A stretch of 64,000 bases of DNA, from contig NC_089429.1 of the NCBI RefSeq assembly GCF_026210795.1, positions 7,254,001 to 7,318,000 of the forward strand, read 5' to 3'. The DNA is from Rhizophagus irregularis. Taxonomy: Eukaryota. The position numbers were made by a program, and so were the translations under genes. The notes under the pieces were generated by a model, which was not told where the DNA came from, ran no database searches, and saw only the letters and a list, made by a program, of their open reading frames with translations. This document shows, piece by piece, positions 1-14,549 of this stretch; position 1 is the stretch's first letter; each line of letters opens with the position of its first letter.

Positions 1-99
1 ATCTTTATTTCTCATTGTTTAAAACTTTAAAGTTTTAAGTTGTTTAAGTTATTGACAATTTTTTTTTTAGGAAAAAAAAAAAAAAAATTTAATTTAGTG

Positions 100-670
100 T
101 ACTATGAATTATGAGGCTCAAAAATCAAGAATGGTTGGAAATGTAACGATGAAAGATATCAAAACATTTTTCGTAAATTATATCTTTTCCGACAACTTTG
201 GTATGATCAAGAACGCTCATTAGCAAAAGCAGATTTTTTCGAAGTTGGTGCATTACATAGGCAATGTAAACGTCTTGTATAATTACATTCTGATGCCACA
301 GATTTCTAAAACGGGAACGCCACCAGAAATTCCACCTGTACTTCGTGCTAGTAAATTCCCAGATTTTACGGAAAAACTGTTATAGAGTATACCCCGCAAA
401 TTAATTTAAATAATTTAAATATAGAAAATTTTGATCAAAGATTATATGTTGATGGATATGAAGAATCTTTGGATGATGTACGAAAGTTAAGACGATAGTA
501 CAATGCAAACATAAGAGGACTAATGAATCAATTTGGAATTATGACTGAAATTGAAGTAACTAATGGATACATTATGAATACTATTACAAAGTTGATAAAA
601 AAACCTCAATATCTGTGATGGAAGATGGAACCTTTAATTCCAATTAAGTGACATTATAGAGAATCATTTG
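100..670 (+). pseudogene. Eukaryotic RNAi-type RNA-dependent RNA polymerase, C-terminal fragment, pseudogene
   Basis: Manual translation gives MNYEAQ..VTMKDIKTFFVNYIFSDNFGMIKNAH/LAKADFFEVGALHRQCKRLV*LHSDATDF/KTGTPPEIP..KFPDFTEK and later DQRLYVDGYEE..*YNANIRGLMNQFGIMTEIEVTNGYI. These match conserved RdRP motifs (D.LG.I.NAHL..AD, LHS.AVDF.KTG, PDFMEK). Frameshifts and stops are present. Confidence 0.85.
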
Positions 671-980
671 AGGTACTCGAAGGGTCTCCACGCCACCAAA
701 GCCTACTTTTTTACATAAATAAGTTTTAAAATTAAAAAAGATGGCACAACCAGAAAGATTAAAGAAAGATACCTATTGGAAAGTAAAAAAAGAGAAATTG
801 ATCAGTCGAAAAGGAAATTAAAGAAATAAATGAAATTATGAAATCACAGCTGAAACTATTAGAACTCATCAAGAAATATTACGTGAAAAAAAAACAGGAA
901 TCACTGGATGTAATCGAACAAATCGTTTAATTTTAAGTTTAATTTTAAGTTTAATTTTATATAATCGTTCACAAAATATG

Positions 981-1132
981 TTAGCCGGTTTATTGTCCTT
1001 CGCTTCGCCCCGGACTATAGATGTTTATGAACCTTAATGACATATTGGATCACGTGGCGAAGTTCATTTGTCCGCACGCGTCATTTCTGATTGGTCCGCA
1101 CAGAATGTCAGACGCGATTATTACATAACAGA
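981..1132 (-). mobile_element. Possible short non-autonomous Helitron-like element
   Basis: GC-rich hairpin (gtcc..cgcttcgc..ggac) next to a ttag end, and a GA|T end at 1131-1133. Same layout as the element at 6059. Confidence 0.35.
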
Positions 1133-4100
1133 TAGTAACTACAGTGTTTAGCGGTAGTAGTTTCCTTTTGTAAGGACTCATCCCACAAACTTGTTGTATG
1201 GCTCCCGTCATTCTACATTTTAAAAATAAATAATATAATAAAAGTCTGTTACTAGATGTTCTCTCTGAATAATGTCAGAACACCTTTAGTCAGAAACCAT
1301 TGCCAGAAATGGGACTTTTTTTTATCTAACTTCTATAAATTCTGTACACCGTCACAAATCTCATTGCGAAACCTATTATTTAGTTGGACGAGAGTATGAA
1401 GCAATCCGTTGGCAAGTAAAATAAATTAATTTATTGATGTTTAGCTTTATCTAAATAGTGAGTATACCAAATAATAACATTTTTCCACATGTTCAACGCT
1501 AATGATGTGCCAGTTAATGAATTTAGCGAAGAAATAATAATGGCTCCGTAAGTCCAGACCGCGTAAGCCCGGGCGAAAGTGGATGCAAAACAGGAAAGGA
1601 CGAGGGCGCCGCATGCGTTTTGCTAGCAAACCGTCAATGTCAAAAAAGAAAGTAAGGTTACAAAGAGGCTATTAAACCCTTAAAATCAATTCTAAAGTCG
1701 TCCAATAAGTACAACCAAGAAAGTTATGTACGTCAAGAAAAACAACCATCACAGCCTTTGACTGCTCCGATTCCTGATGTACCCGAACCAGAGCCAAAAC
1801 AGACGATAGCGCTCTGGAATCGCTTTGTTTAAACGAACAAGTATTAAGTCGTGTTATGACTGGCGCTCACCTTAGCATTTGGGCATGGTATCAGTTAAAT
1901 CTAGTTTTCCAAACTAAATACTCGCCACGATGGATAATTATGCAACAAGAACTTTTTACATCTAATTTAAGGTAATACTTAAATCATAAGAATATTGAAA
2001 GGACTCCATTTATTTTTTTAATAGTTTTAAATAATATTTATTAATTTATTAATGTTACTGTAATTATTTAGTAGATAAATGATGTCTGAAAAGGAAAACA
2101 CAACTACGGGCGGAACATGTTGCAGAGATATTGAACATCTCAGACGACCAAGTGTCTCAAACAAGGGTAGATCAGAACAATTGGAAACTGAATCCGGTCA
2201 TTTTTCAATTTCAAATCTGCTGTGGAGAGACCTTTTCACGAACCGTCTGAATACTCAACTTCCGAAATATTTGGACCCATATGCAACGGCTATAAACGCG
2301 CAGTACAGCCTTGTCACAAGATGGAACTGTGGGCACATCCACCCTGGTTTCTAATTTTAGCGAAGACAATACGCTAAAAAGCATCATTACCAATTTTAAT
2401 CCCCTCCTGGAAATCAGCTCCGTGGTTCCCTCTTATGTGAAATGCTCTGCGTATTCGTCGAATTAAAGAACCATCTCAAGTTTATTGTGTTCATAATATT
2501 CTTTAATCTGTAAATAACAACAAATAAATAATAGTTATTGATGGAGGAGCTATATTGGTCACAGGACCGAATGATTGGGCCATGTAGTTAGCTATTTTTA
2601 CCAATCAATGAAGATCTTTGTGACCGATATAGCCCCACATCTAATAATGGTTGGACTCGAAATAAACCCCAGTTCAATTATAAGATTTCCAAGTATTACC
2701 TGGGAAGAATCATCTTCCAGATCTTTACACTCACAAATGAAAGGCAGGATATCGACAATAACAGGGTATCCATTTTACCAAGACCGTAACTGCAAATTTT
2801 TTGATATTTATTTTTTGGCATTATTCTTAATAATATTTGAGTATTTTAAATTAAATCTAATCCACCAATGTTTTATAAATGTAATTTAATTTTCTGTTAT
2901 ATTTTTTAATTTGAAATAAATAATTATTGCTGATTTTTTCAAAGGATAATGAAGTGTTTATAACTTCAAAAGATATCAAAATGTAGCCTTGGGTCTCAGG
3001 TTTATTATACAATTTACATAATGTAAATTGAATTTATTTTGGGCGTATAACATGCATTTTATCACGTGAACAGTTTTCCAGTTTTTTTTTCAACACACTG
3101 TATATAACTATATATATTATATATTTAAAGATAACATTAATCTTAAACTTTAATAAGTAGTATAGTATTTTTGACGAAATTTTCATTTTTTTTCAAGAGC
3201 TATAAACTAAGTGAATTTCTTTCTACTTTCTTTTAAAATGAGTGTAAGACATTTTTTTTAATTAAATAGTACTAGTATTTTTTAGTACTTTCTTTATTTT
3301 CTAAATTCTAATATATTATTAATTCAATAAATTTTTCTATATTGTTTGTTGTCAAATTTTTAAGTTTAATCCATGATTAGGAATTTCTTTTCAAAAATTT
3401 ATCCAAAGAACCATTTAATCACAATATAATGAAAAGTAATTATCATTACTTGAGTCAAAAATTTCTATCTATAATCCTTGACCTGGATTTTGTTTTTCAG
3501 CATCTAATGTCATTTTTATCATCTGAGGCTTAATATAGTAGTTTGAAATCAATAATAATAATATTATAGTTGACAAATATTGATTTTAGTTTGCTGTTAT
3601 TGTAATTCTTTCAATTTAAATTGGATATTCTTTTAATTATTGTGGCTTTTGTAGTCCAACTCAAATCTAATTTGGTTATAATCCTGATTTTAGTTTGTTG
3701 TTTTTATAATTTTTTCCATATCAGAATTAAGCCAATTATGAAAAATATTAAAAATGTGATTCATCTCCTTATAATGAATTTTATAAATTTTATAAATGCT
3801 TTCTTATCAAATGTCCTTGCTCATGAAATACTTGTTAATTCATTGTTACTATTATTTGTCCTATATATTTCTGTGAGAATGTATAATCTAATGCTGAAAA
3901 GTTCTTAATGAAAGAATCCATAAAGTACATTTTCAGACGCGACCTTTTTTTCTTGGAAGAGCTAGCCGTAACTAATCCATTAAGATAAAAAGGATCAAAT
4001 CTTGATGCATCGCATGAATCTATCTTAATCGACTATGATTGTTTGATTTCTTTTACTTCCTTAAGATATAAATTATGAAACTAATAAAATTAAAACTATA

Positions 4101-6058
4101 TAAACAATTAAGATTTTAAGACATTCATAAAGGAGCAGTGTTGAATTCAATAAGACTTTCAACCAGTTTGTAAACAATATTTATAAAATTTTGAATTAAA
4201 ATGTTTTACAAATAAGTAGTCTAATATTTCTTTAAGAATATTAGAAAGTGTTTGTAAAATAAAAAGAACGATATCGAAAATTTAATTTCGTAGGTAAACG
4301 AGCTCGAAAAATTTAAAGCTTGTTGGGCTGTATATCTTGAGTTCTTGACATGCTCCGGAACGTCGTTAGGTATCTGCAAATCATGTGATAATCTTGGCAC
4401 ATGATGTAATACCGTGACATGATCTCCCATGTATGCATTGTCGAATGATATATTCATTCGTTACATTAGGAACCATAATAATAAATCTTCGCTTCCAATG
4501 CGTGATAAATTTTAATGTGTTATGAATAAAAAATCCATCGGTTCGTCTACCCTCAGGAAAATATATCTTCTAGATTTTGATTATAATAAAATATGTCTTC
4601 CATGAAAATATATGTATTTCATGAAAATAAATGGAAAAAAGGAGAGAAAGAAAGAAAAGGATACATTTACAACAGCAAATTCTCAATCTATTTATATTAA
4701 AATAATAAATTCTTTTGTGTGGACACCCGAAATTTTGCCACGTATGAATAACATTAAAATACCACACAAGCCAAAAATTGCTGTACAATAAAACAAAATC
4801 ATTAACCCACAGCCACAAAATTAAAAAATTAAATGGGCTTCAAGTAAATATTGACATTTATCAACGTATTAGAAAGAAAATTCAGATTATCGTTATTAAC
4901 ACCTTTTAAATTTGTTATTTATATTGGATCTTCATTATGATTATCGTTATTAACATGCGTTTATTAAGAATTACATTAGAATTATACGTGATCTCGATAT
5001 AATATATATAGTAAATATGTATAATTATTAAATAGGTTATTAACCTTCAAAAATTTTATTTTTTAAAATTAAAATTCTAGATAATATACGAATATTGAAA
5101 ACCCATTATTTTTAAAAGAACTTTACGATATTTAGAATCGAAAATTTCCAATTATGTAATTAATGATATTAATTATATTTGAATTTGATTAAAAAATTTG
5201 ATTCGCTTACGTCTGTTTTGAATACCAATATTTTCTTAGCATATTCTCAGATCGTAAAAAACCAAATTGATTTTTTAAATATTGACGTAAATCATTCCAT
5301 TCGATTGTTTCGATCTATTGAACGAAATTCAATTGTTTTTCCTCCTCATCTAATGTATGATGATATAATAAGAAAAGAAATTTTTAATTATTTGATTAAA
5401 AAAAAGGTTTAATCAAAATTATCTATAAATTACTCACATTCAAGATCGAGATAGTTATGTCAATAATGACAAAATTGATGAGCACTTAATTGAGGAAGAA
5501 TTTCAGCCATTCTTACGAATGGATCACGAAGATTTCCAATACGTCTCAACTCATCTATACCATTGAAAAGAATATCCTTCTACAAAAAGATATGTGTATA
5601 ATAAGTTTAAAATACTATTTTAAAGTTTATGTAATCACAACCGTTCTACATATGTAACTTATTACCCCTCCATTGGATAGACGTACTCTCATTTATTTTG
5701 ATCTATGATTTAACAAATTATTAATAAAGAATTGCTAAGGAAATTAAGTAAATGAATAATATGCATAAAAAAACAAAGAAATTTGATACTTAATAATGAG
5801 CCGGAGTCACTAGATAATAAAATTGAAGATCATGGCTTAGTTCCGTTAGTGTCATGTCTATCGCCTGGTAATTGTCAATCATGTGATGATATAGTAGAGA
5901 TCTTAACACAAGCGTAAAAATATACAGATTCTAAACATCTTAATTACAACCAATAAAACTGCTATCCGTTATCCGTTACATCTTATTATTTTTTTCTTTT
6001 TCCTACTTTGGTACTATAACTTATACATTCCTTTATAATGAACATTATTGTTTTATAA

Positions 6059-6743
6059 CTAGCCGTTAGCCCGTTGCTTCGCAACGGTATACAAAAAAGC
6101 GTGATGTACAGTAGCTAAGCCGCGCTATGTAAAGGTAACACGGGTAACACAATACAAAGATTAATAGTACATTATTTTAGACGTCAATTTCTGTCATCTC
6201 ACGTTCAAATAGTTAATTTGATTTGAGGAATTTAGTTGAACATCTTTCAATTCCAAAAAACTTTGATTTGTGAATTTCTATTATAGTATCAAATATTATT
6301 TCAAATTATACAAATAATATGATTATTTTTTATCACATTCGCCTCATCCATCATCCGATCTGTCGTACAAATTTGTTTGGATGTTGGATGAATTTTCTAC
6401 CAATCAGAAACTCAATAATGTACCCGCGCCACTATTTTCTTTTGTCAAGTCTTTATTATTATTTTTAAATTTTATACGTTTTATTCTTTTATTTCTTTAT
6501 ATTTTTATATTTTTTTTCTTTTATCTTTTATTTCTTTTAATTCTTTATATTTCTACTATTTATGCTTATATTTTGCTTGTATTTTGACCGATATTGTTAT
6601 TAAGCCTGATCTTAAAATCCTGATTGGGCTTTTTAAACACGCGCTCGGATTTATCGGAAAAGTATATCAAAATCGATTTAAACGAAAATTAACTTGAGTG
6701 GTAGACCTAAGGAACTTTTTTTATAAGGTTGATTTATTAAAGA
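6059..6743 (-). mobile_element. Non-autonomous Helitron-like element
   Basis: Minus-strand 3' end is CTAG|T (6058-6062) with a perfect hairpin CCGTTGC-TTC-GCAACGG (6071-6087) just inside it, the canonical Helitron 3' signature. The 5' TC end at ~6743 is tentative. Confidence 0.55.
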
Positions 6744-7606
6744 TATCCAAATATGTTCATATATCAGTGTGAAAGTTGAGATCATTTTAAATTCTAATTC
6801 TTCAGCATTAATAGTAATGGCTATCATACAGTTTTATGTTTAATTTGTATATGAAAAAAAAAATTGGAGCGATCTTACATTAACAAACTTTTTCATTTGT
6901 CGTTCTAAATTATTTAATAATATCTATAAATTCTGAACGATCTGAAGCTTCATGTTAAAACGTCGATTATTAAATTAAATTGATTTTTAAGAAATTTTAA
7001 TATTCTTGCAACCACAACATTTTTGAACCTTTGCTTTATAATTTTCTGTATATTATGTTAAAGCTTGTAAAAATATGAAATATTTAATTTCAGGCTTCTC
7101 ACTCAACATATCATTTGACTTTAATTTATTAATTCTTTATCAAACAATATTAATAGTGAATGATTTTGATGAAAAGAATGTATTTATTCACAGAATAAAG
7201 TTTTTACAAATTTTTTTAAGCTAAAAAATTTATATGAAAAATATTATAACTTCGTGCTCACTATACAGTATGATAGTAATTTATTTCATCAGTCGTTTAT
7301 ATCGTCTTGGCCCTACCAAAATTGAAACCAATCCTAATGCTGCAAATAATAAAATTTTGATGTCCAAGTCATTTTTATTTGTGTAATTATTTTACCTCCA
7401 TTATTTATATTTGTTTATGATTAATTTCCCATAAAGTCCATTGTCCTAATTGTAATTAACATTATCATACCATATTTACTATATGATTTGATACAAATGT
7501 TTTATATTTTCAGAAGATTAAAAACAAATTCAAGCTCAAATTTTGCCACATGTATTTATAACATTAAAATATTTAGATTATATGCTAAATATATAATTGC
7601 TATTCA

Positions 7607-7837
7607 TCAATAATATGTTTGTTCCATTTTTCGAATTAAAATCAATGGTAAAGCTTCTTTTTGCCTTTTCAACTTTTTCAGTCCTCTTGGCGGACCTCGC
7701 TTTTTTTTTTGATTATCAAAAATGCATTCCTTGTCATGTTTTTGGCATTGTGTACAGACTGGTTCGCCGGAACATTTTGCTTTTATTTTCCGACACAAGT
7801 TGCACGCTACCGTTACCCTTTGCCTATTTTTTGGCAT
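7607..7837 (-). CDS. Small Zn(II)2Cys6 (GAL4-type) binuclear cluster protein, possibly truncated
   Basis: ACNLCRKIKAKCSGEPVCTQCQKHDKECIF has the six-Cys spacing, followed by the basic KKKRGPPRG. ATG at 7837, only 76 aa. Confidence 0.8.
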   Translation of the reverse strand: MPKNRQRVTVACNLCRKIKAKCSGEPVCTQCQKHDKECIFDNQKKKRGPPRGLKKLKRQKEALPLILIRKMEQTYY

Positions 7838-10721
7838 TTGAGTATAATAGTTAAGAGTGAGAAAGTATTGATAGTATTAGAAAAAAATGTAAAAAATAAT
7901 GTTTAAAATAATAAATTGATTGTTTGATTTTTTTTTTTCCCCTAACTGCTAAATTGCGATATTTTTATATTTCGCATTCATTATTTTTTCATTTAAATGT
8001 TAAATTTGATACATTCTATGATTCAAAATGTAACATGTAAACAATTGACGAAAAAATAAGATTTTTGATCATTACTACAAATTTGAAAAAAATTCAATCG
8101 GAAAAAATGTTTTTCCCAAGTTGTGCATCTTATAAATACCAAAGTCTAATAATTCATTCAGATAAATAAGGTAATATTTTTTATTTAGTGCTTAGAAAAT
8201 GACCAAATTGAGAAAAAATGGAATGTTCAAATGATCTGAAATAATTGGACCCCACAAACTTTGTGACAAATAAGAGTTTCAGCTGATCAAATTTAAATTT
8301 AATTTGTAACCAACCAGAATACACCATTTAGCAATCTTTACTATATTTGAATTCTTGATAGGGTATGATTTGAAAATTAACACAGATAATTATGTAAACA
8401 AATTATTTTAGGCTTTTCATGTAATTGATGCTATTTTTGACTAACAAAAAAATTCACTAAATCGTTTCACAATAGAAAAATCTCGTTAAATAACATGTCG
8501 AGCTGTGATCATGTTCTTTATCATTAATTAGTGATGTAAATTCCCATTTTTCTTTATTGAAGACTTTTAGTGCATCAACTAATGAGCAATCATGTGCGCG
8601 ATATTCGTTCAAGGATAAAGAATTTTAAATTTAAATTGATTAAATTAAATGGTTCAAAAAAAAAGGAGCGAATTTTTTTTTTAATTTTGCTAATTATAGT
8701 AACCATATGATGTAAAATAAAATATAATGTTTCAAAATTTTATTAACATATTTATTTAAAGATTTTTTTTATTAAAGTATTGAAAAATAACTTGGTTATT
8801 TTACTTATTCACCTATTCAATAAATGCGTTTATTATCTTTTACGTAAATTCTCGCTAGAGCTTGCACATGCATTCAGCAAATCATTAATACAAGCCGAGT
8901 AACCGTTTTTTTGGTTTGCATGATTACCGCTTTATCCTATTGTGAAAGGGACATTATGATTCTCTCAAAATAATTCGTTGTTTTGGGCTATGCTTAAATG
9001 GAAACTTCCAAATTGGCCATCATGATTGTTAAGAAGTACAAAGATATATGAACATAAATCATCATGATGCCATTGTTAATGATAGATGATATGATAAATA
9101 ATCGTGTATTGATAAAATGAAAAATTTGGTATGGCTATAAAAATTATAAAGTGGTATAGTTTATTGGTTTAAGACTTTGATTTTTTTCATTTATAATGAT
9201 TTATTAAAAACATAATAAACATAATAATATTTTTCAAACGATATACTTAAATTAATACTTACCCTATAAAAAATATTTCAGAAAAATGATCCCGTGTCTG
9301 GTTTCTTCTAGAAAAATGTTCATTTATCGGAGTTTTTTCCAGAATTTTTTTATAGGATTAGTTGAAGTCATAATTAGCAAGTTATTAAGACAAATGATTT
9401 ATTGGAACAAGAGCTTTGCATAATCGATTTAGACCTATTTCCGTTTTTTCCGTTTGAAATAAAATTAATCAACTCGTACAAAAATAAAAACAATATTGTT
9501 ACCATAATTTATCGGCCGTAATTATTCCAATTTTATTAAATTTTTATTGGTTGAACAATCTAATATCCGTTCTATCCCGATTTTCATTGTTTCTTATTTC
9601 AGACATGAAGTTTCAAAAAATTGAAACATACTTATATCATTATTTGAAAATTATCAAACAAATATTTGTTGAAGGTTTCGAAATTTGTTAAACAAAAAAA
9701 ATATTTCTATTCTTTTTTTTGTTTCATTTTAATGTTTTGGATCATGTTGCATCAAGGATTTTTTAAACAATGACTTTTAGTGTTATACAAATGAATGCTC
9801 AATGACCCCCATCTTGTTGTACAATAAATACACTAATTTGAGCAGTCTCTTGATAAAATAAGTTGTTTTGCTGTACATTTACAGGGCCAGCGCTTAAATG
9901 GCAATAAGAATTCCTAAAAGCACTTTCCGTAGATTATTTATTTTATTATCATTCAAAAATAAAAATAGTTTGAACCTTTTTCCGATATACCAATTTACCG
10001 TATAATCCGTATATGATCAATCTCATATACTTTATGACGACGATTTTATTATTTCTTATTTTAGACGTAATACATATTTATGATACGTAATTTCATTTAT
10101 CCCAATTTATACATAGTAATTGTTTTGAAATGTCTTTTTTTATAATTTGATTTTCGAACCAATAAAATTACATGATACCGCTATCAATATCTAGTCACGG
10201 CCGAAGACTTCTTCAAACTCGTATACATGGCAAAATTCCCCAATATACCCCAATATACCCTAATATGGATGTCGACCTTACAATCCTTACATATTACAAT
10301 GAATGTTCTAATAATAATTGAATAATGTGAAATTGTTTTTTATTTAATTACACACGAACGCATTATTATATTTTCCTATCGGTAAATAATTCCGAACGTA
10401 GATTTTATAGCTCGCATAATTGAAAAATTATGAAATTTAGTATAAGCCCTTTATTCTTATTTAGTCACCAAAAAATTAAAATTTGTTTATTATATATGAT
10501 TAACAAAATAAAAATTTTGATTTATGTTATGTAATAATTTAATGTCGTGTCAAAAGAAAATTCTATCCCATTTTTCGAAACAAATTATGAAATCAATCCC
10601 ATTTTTTGAAACAAATTATGGATTGAATATGTGAGATTCTTCTCGTTATAAAATCTCCTCGTTATAAATCTTCTCGTTATAAAATCTTTTTATCAATCGT
10701 TTTTTTTTCCGATAAATCAAA

Positions 10722-11990
10722 ATGGTTAATTACAATAGTGATATTCTTTTATATATACTTGAAGAACTTCAATATGATTCAATGGCTTTATTTTCGTGTT
10801 TATTAATAAATAGATTTTGTTGTGAAATGGCAATTTCTATTTTATGGAGAAACCCCTGGTAGTACAAAATTGATTATAGTAATAAAAATTCTTTACTCAA
10901 CATTATCTGTTCCTATTACCTCAAGATATTAAAATGTTATTACCAAGTCACTTATTACCTTCACGTTCGTTTGATTATATGTCATTTTGCAAGAGCATTA
11001 ATATAGAAATTATAAAAGATATAACTTTTATGATTAAGTCTTCTTTACTAACACAAAAAATTCGCGATCTCTTAATAAATAAATGTACAAAGTTGAATTA
11101 TTTAAATATGATATCAATCGATCCCAAAATATCCCTATTCCGTCTTCCAGAAAATAGAACTCTTCTTGAATCACTTTACGAATTAACTTGTGGCACATCT
11201 ACTTGTCCTTCATTCTTTCGTGATTTAGCACTCGTCATTCAAAATATACAGAGATTGATCATTATCAATGAAAATAATGAAATTAATAGAAGGATAATTG
11301 AACTTATTAATGTTCAAAAAAATTTAAGATATTTTGAATGGAAAGACGATTTTGAAGATGAATATAATATTGAATACGACCTTTATGACGAGATGTTGGT
11401 CGCATTGCAACAAAGATCAGAAACGATCTTCCACTTATTAATATTATATTTTCAATTTTTTAATTGTGAAGAATGTCATGAACATAAACTATTTGACATT
11501 CTTCCAAAATTTCTAAAATTAAAAACATTAACACTAAACAAATACTACTTAGAAAGTGAAAGAGTATTGCCGATATATTATAATAACCTGAAATACTCCA
11601 TATAGACGATATTGCTATTAATGTGGCGATTAATATAGTCACTAATAGCGGTGGTAATATCAGGGAGATATTGTCAAATTATAAAGGTTATTATAATAAT
11701 AATGATGATGATGAAAACTCCACCAAAAATACTCTGCTATTAATAAGTAGCATAATAAAAAAATGCCCACTTATTGAGGCATTATCGCTCATTTTTCCTC
11801 AACAGAATTACATTTTGTTGAGTTTGAAACATTACTAAGTAGTTGTCAAAATTCGAAGAAATTAGTTTTAATTTTAATTATTGATGACGATTGTAATGAA
11901 AATTATGAGCGAGGTTTAGAAAATGCGAAAGAATTATTAGAAATATTAAATAGATCAGCTAGATATTAAAGTTTATAATAATTCTAAACC
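10722..11990 (+). pseudogene. F-box/LRR-type protein pseudogene
   Basis: ATG at 10722 reads MVNYNSDILLYILEELQYDSMALFSCLLINRFCCEMAISILWRNPW then an in-frame TAG at 10860-10862. LRR-like remainder lies in shifted ORFs 10934-11605 and 11623-11838. Confidence 0.8.
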
Positions 11991-13418
11991 ATATTTAGAA
12001 ATTTTGGAACCAAATAATATTCGTCTTGGCGACCCTGAAGATTTACATTATTAAATGTTGCTGTTAGTTATAGTGGGGTAAAGTTCGGTCCTTTATAATA
12101 ATTATTTTTTATTTATATATAAAATAATCTTTTTAATTTATTAAAATATTTTATTTTTTATTATTATGTTTTCCAATATGTATTAAAATAAAATAATAAT
12201 TCAATCTAAATATCGTTAAAATTTTGAAATCGGTTAACATATAATCAGATAAATTAATATGAGTAATTATTCTACAGCCAAATAGGATCATGCTTTTTTC
12301 ATTTTTTATTAAGCATATAAATAAACTACCATTGCATAATTATTATTGACATTTTTGACGTTGTTTAATCAATAATTTTTTTATTTATAAGATGATCATA
12401 GGATTAATAAATGTGGCACATTAAACCAACATAAATTTTTTTAACTTGGCGGCCTTCTTTGCTACCACGCCACTTAATTATGGGTATAGTCATTATTGTT
12501 GTCGCCATCACCACCATCGTTATCGTTATCATTATCATTATCATTATCATCATCATATTTATAATTACCACCATTATTTTCATCAAAATATAAACTTTAC
12601 AAGGACTGCTGAAGCTAAATATGGATTTTCTTCACGAATATAGCCTTTTTTTCTTATATATTATAGCCAAAAGCAATAATAAATTGCACTTTAATATAAA
12701 TTATTTTGCTTATACATAATATTTAATTTTTAAAAATATTACTATTTTTTTTATTAGCTTTATATTTTACACAACTGCAAATATTATAACCTTTACCTAA
12801 ACAATAGCTACAAGTTATATATACTGTAACTGAAGATTAAATAGTAGTATTATCTTCTATTGATAATTTAAATCATTTTGATTATTCTTTTAGCTTATAG
12901 TATTTTGGATTAGATACTTTAGTAAGATTATATCTAGAATTCAAATCAGTTAAAAGTTACTAGTAATTATTATTACTTGATCCAGTTTTAGTACTGGTAG
13001 CTTCATTCAATACCTAATCCAATAATATTGCAATATTTTATATTAAATTTTATAAGAAGTTCCATTAGCTCTGCTATAATATTTTTAGCTATTGCAATTT
13101 AAATACTTGTCTTTACCATTGATATTATAGTATCAAATAGAACTTTTTTGTTAACAAATTAGTGTATAAACACATTATTTTTAATCCATATAATATAATG
13201 GCATAAAAGGACCTCAAATAATACTAATATAACTCACAAATAAACTTTAAGTACCAAAGTAAAAATACATTTTATAATATAACTCTGTCATTATTGAAGC
13301 TTGACATTAGAATCCTTTCATCAAGACGAATTTAATAATATATATTTTATAAAATCGAATCACTAGTTATGTTAAAAATAAAGTATGTAAGATAACAAAA
13401 TTTTGAAAATACCTCTAT

Positions 13419-14510
13419 AATAATAGAAATAATTAAAATACTTGAAACTGATTCACAAAATATTAATAGAGAAGAAACAGGTGATGCATTTGATGAGGAG
13501 AATCAAGATGAAATACCAAATGATGATATTAATAAATCAGTTAATACTTATGGTTTAATTAATGAAATTAAATCAATTTTATATACAAATTTAATTAAGT
13601 ATTATCCTACAATTACTACTGATGCTTTAATTTCTTCAATACTTGATCCTAGATTTAAAAGTCTTGATTTTACTTCATCAATTCAAAAATCTCATACTGA
13701 GCAGCAGTTACGAACTCTATTTGAACAAGAAAAAAATAATCAAAAAAATACACCTGACGCATCTGGTACATCTGATGCATCCAGTACATCTGGCTCATCC
13801 AGCACATTCAAAAGAAAATCACTAATGGAACGACTTATTAAAGATAATGTAGTAGCTCTTGATGAAGTTGGGGAATATTTACAACTTAATGAAATTCCTT
13901 TTGCGTCAGATCCACTTGTATGGTGGAATGGAAAACAGGATAAATTTCCTATTTTACGTAACCTTGCACAAAAATATTTAGCAGTTTCTGCAACTTCAAC
14001 TGCGAGTGAACGTCTTTTTTCTGACGCCGGAAATTTATTAACAAATAAAAGAACACATATGAAACCAAGTTTATTCAAAAAAATCATGTTCTTAAAAAGA
14101 AATGCATCAAATTTTGATACAATTTATCCAACTGATGAATAGAAATTATATTCTATTGCAATATTACATTCATTGGATGTTTAAACTTAAATAAATAATA
14201 ATAATAGTAATAAAAATATTAAAATAATAAATGATTTAAACGATAAAAATTTTGCTAAGAAACCATTATTAACCTGTTAAACCCTTTAAGTAACCTGCTA
14301 TCCAACCGTTAAAACCCGTTAAGCAACCCGCTATTCACCCGTTAAAACCCTTTATCAAACCGTTAGCCAACCGTTAGTCAACCGTTATCAACCTGTTAAC
14401 CAACCGATAAAAAACTGGGTTAAACTTTCCTTAGCAGGTACCAACCCGGGTTTGTATTTCTCTTAACAGGTCAACCCGTGTACCCGTTAAGAACCTGGGT
14501 CTGAACACTA
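13419..14510 (+). mobile_element. hAT family A, 5'-truncated copy (C-terminal dimerization domain plus 3' TIR)
   Basis: Near-identical inverted copy of ~32484-33585. Encodes PLVWW..KFPIL..LAQKYLAVSATSTASERLFS and ends in TIR GGGTCTGAACACTA at 14510. Confidence 0.9.
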
Positions 14511-14544
14511 AAAATTGTGATAAAATAAAGATGTCCGCTATGCT
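14511..14544 (-). mobile_element. Isolated, inverted left terminus of an AGCATAGCG-ended element
   Basis: Reverse complement AGCATAGCGGACATCTTTATTTTATCACAATTTT matches the left end at 27391. Its continuation is found at 35578. Confidence 0.8.
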
Positions 14545-14549
14545 ATTGG

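Noticed and set aside
1447..5900. Short ORFs and coding-like remnants
   Set aside because: Probably decayed gene fragments, but I could not recognise any family motif; blastx is needed.
10565..10690. Short tandem duplications upstream of the F-box pseudogene
   Set aside because: Consistent with simple slippage; no evidence of function.
12404..12643. His-rich and Met/Ile-rich ORFs
   Set aside because: Products of a CAT/TAT microsatellite in degenerate sequence, with no supportable gene model.
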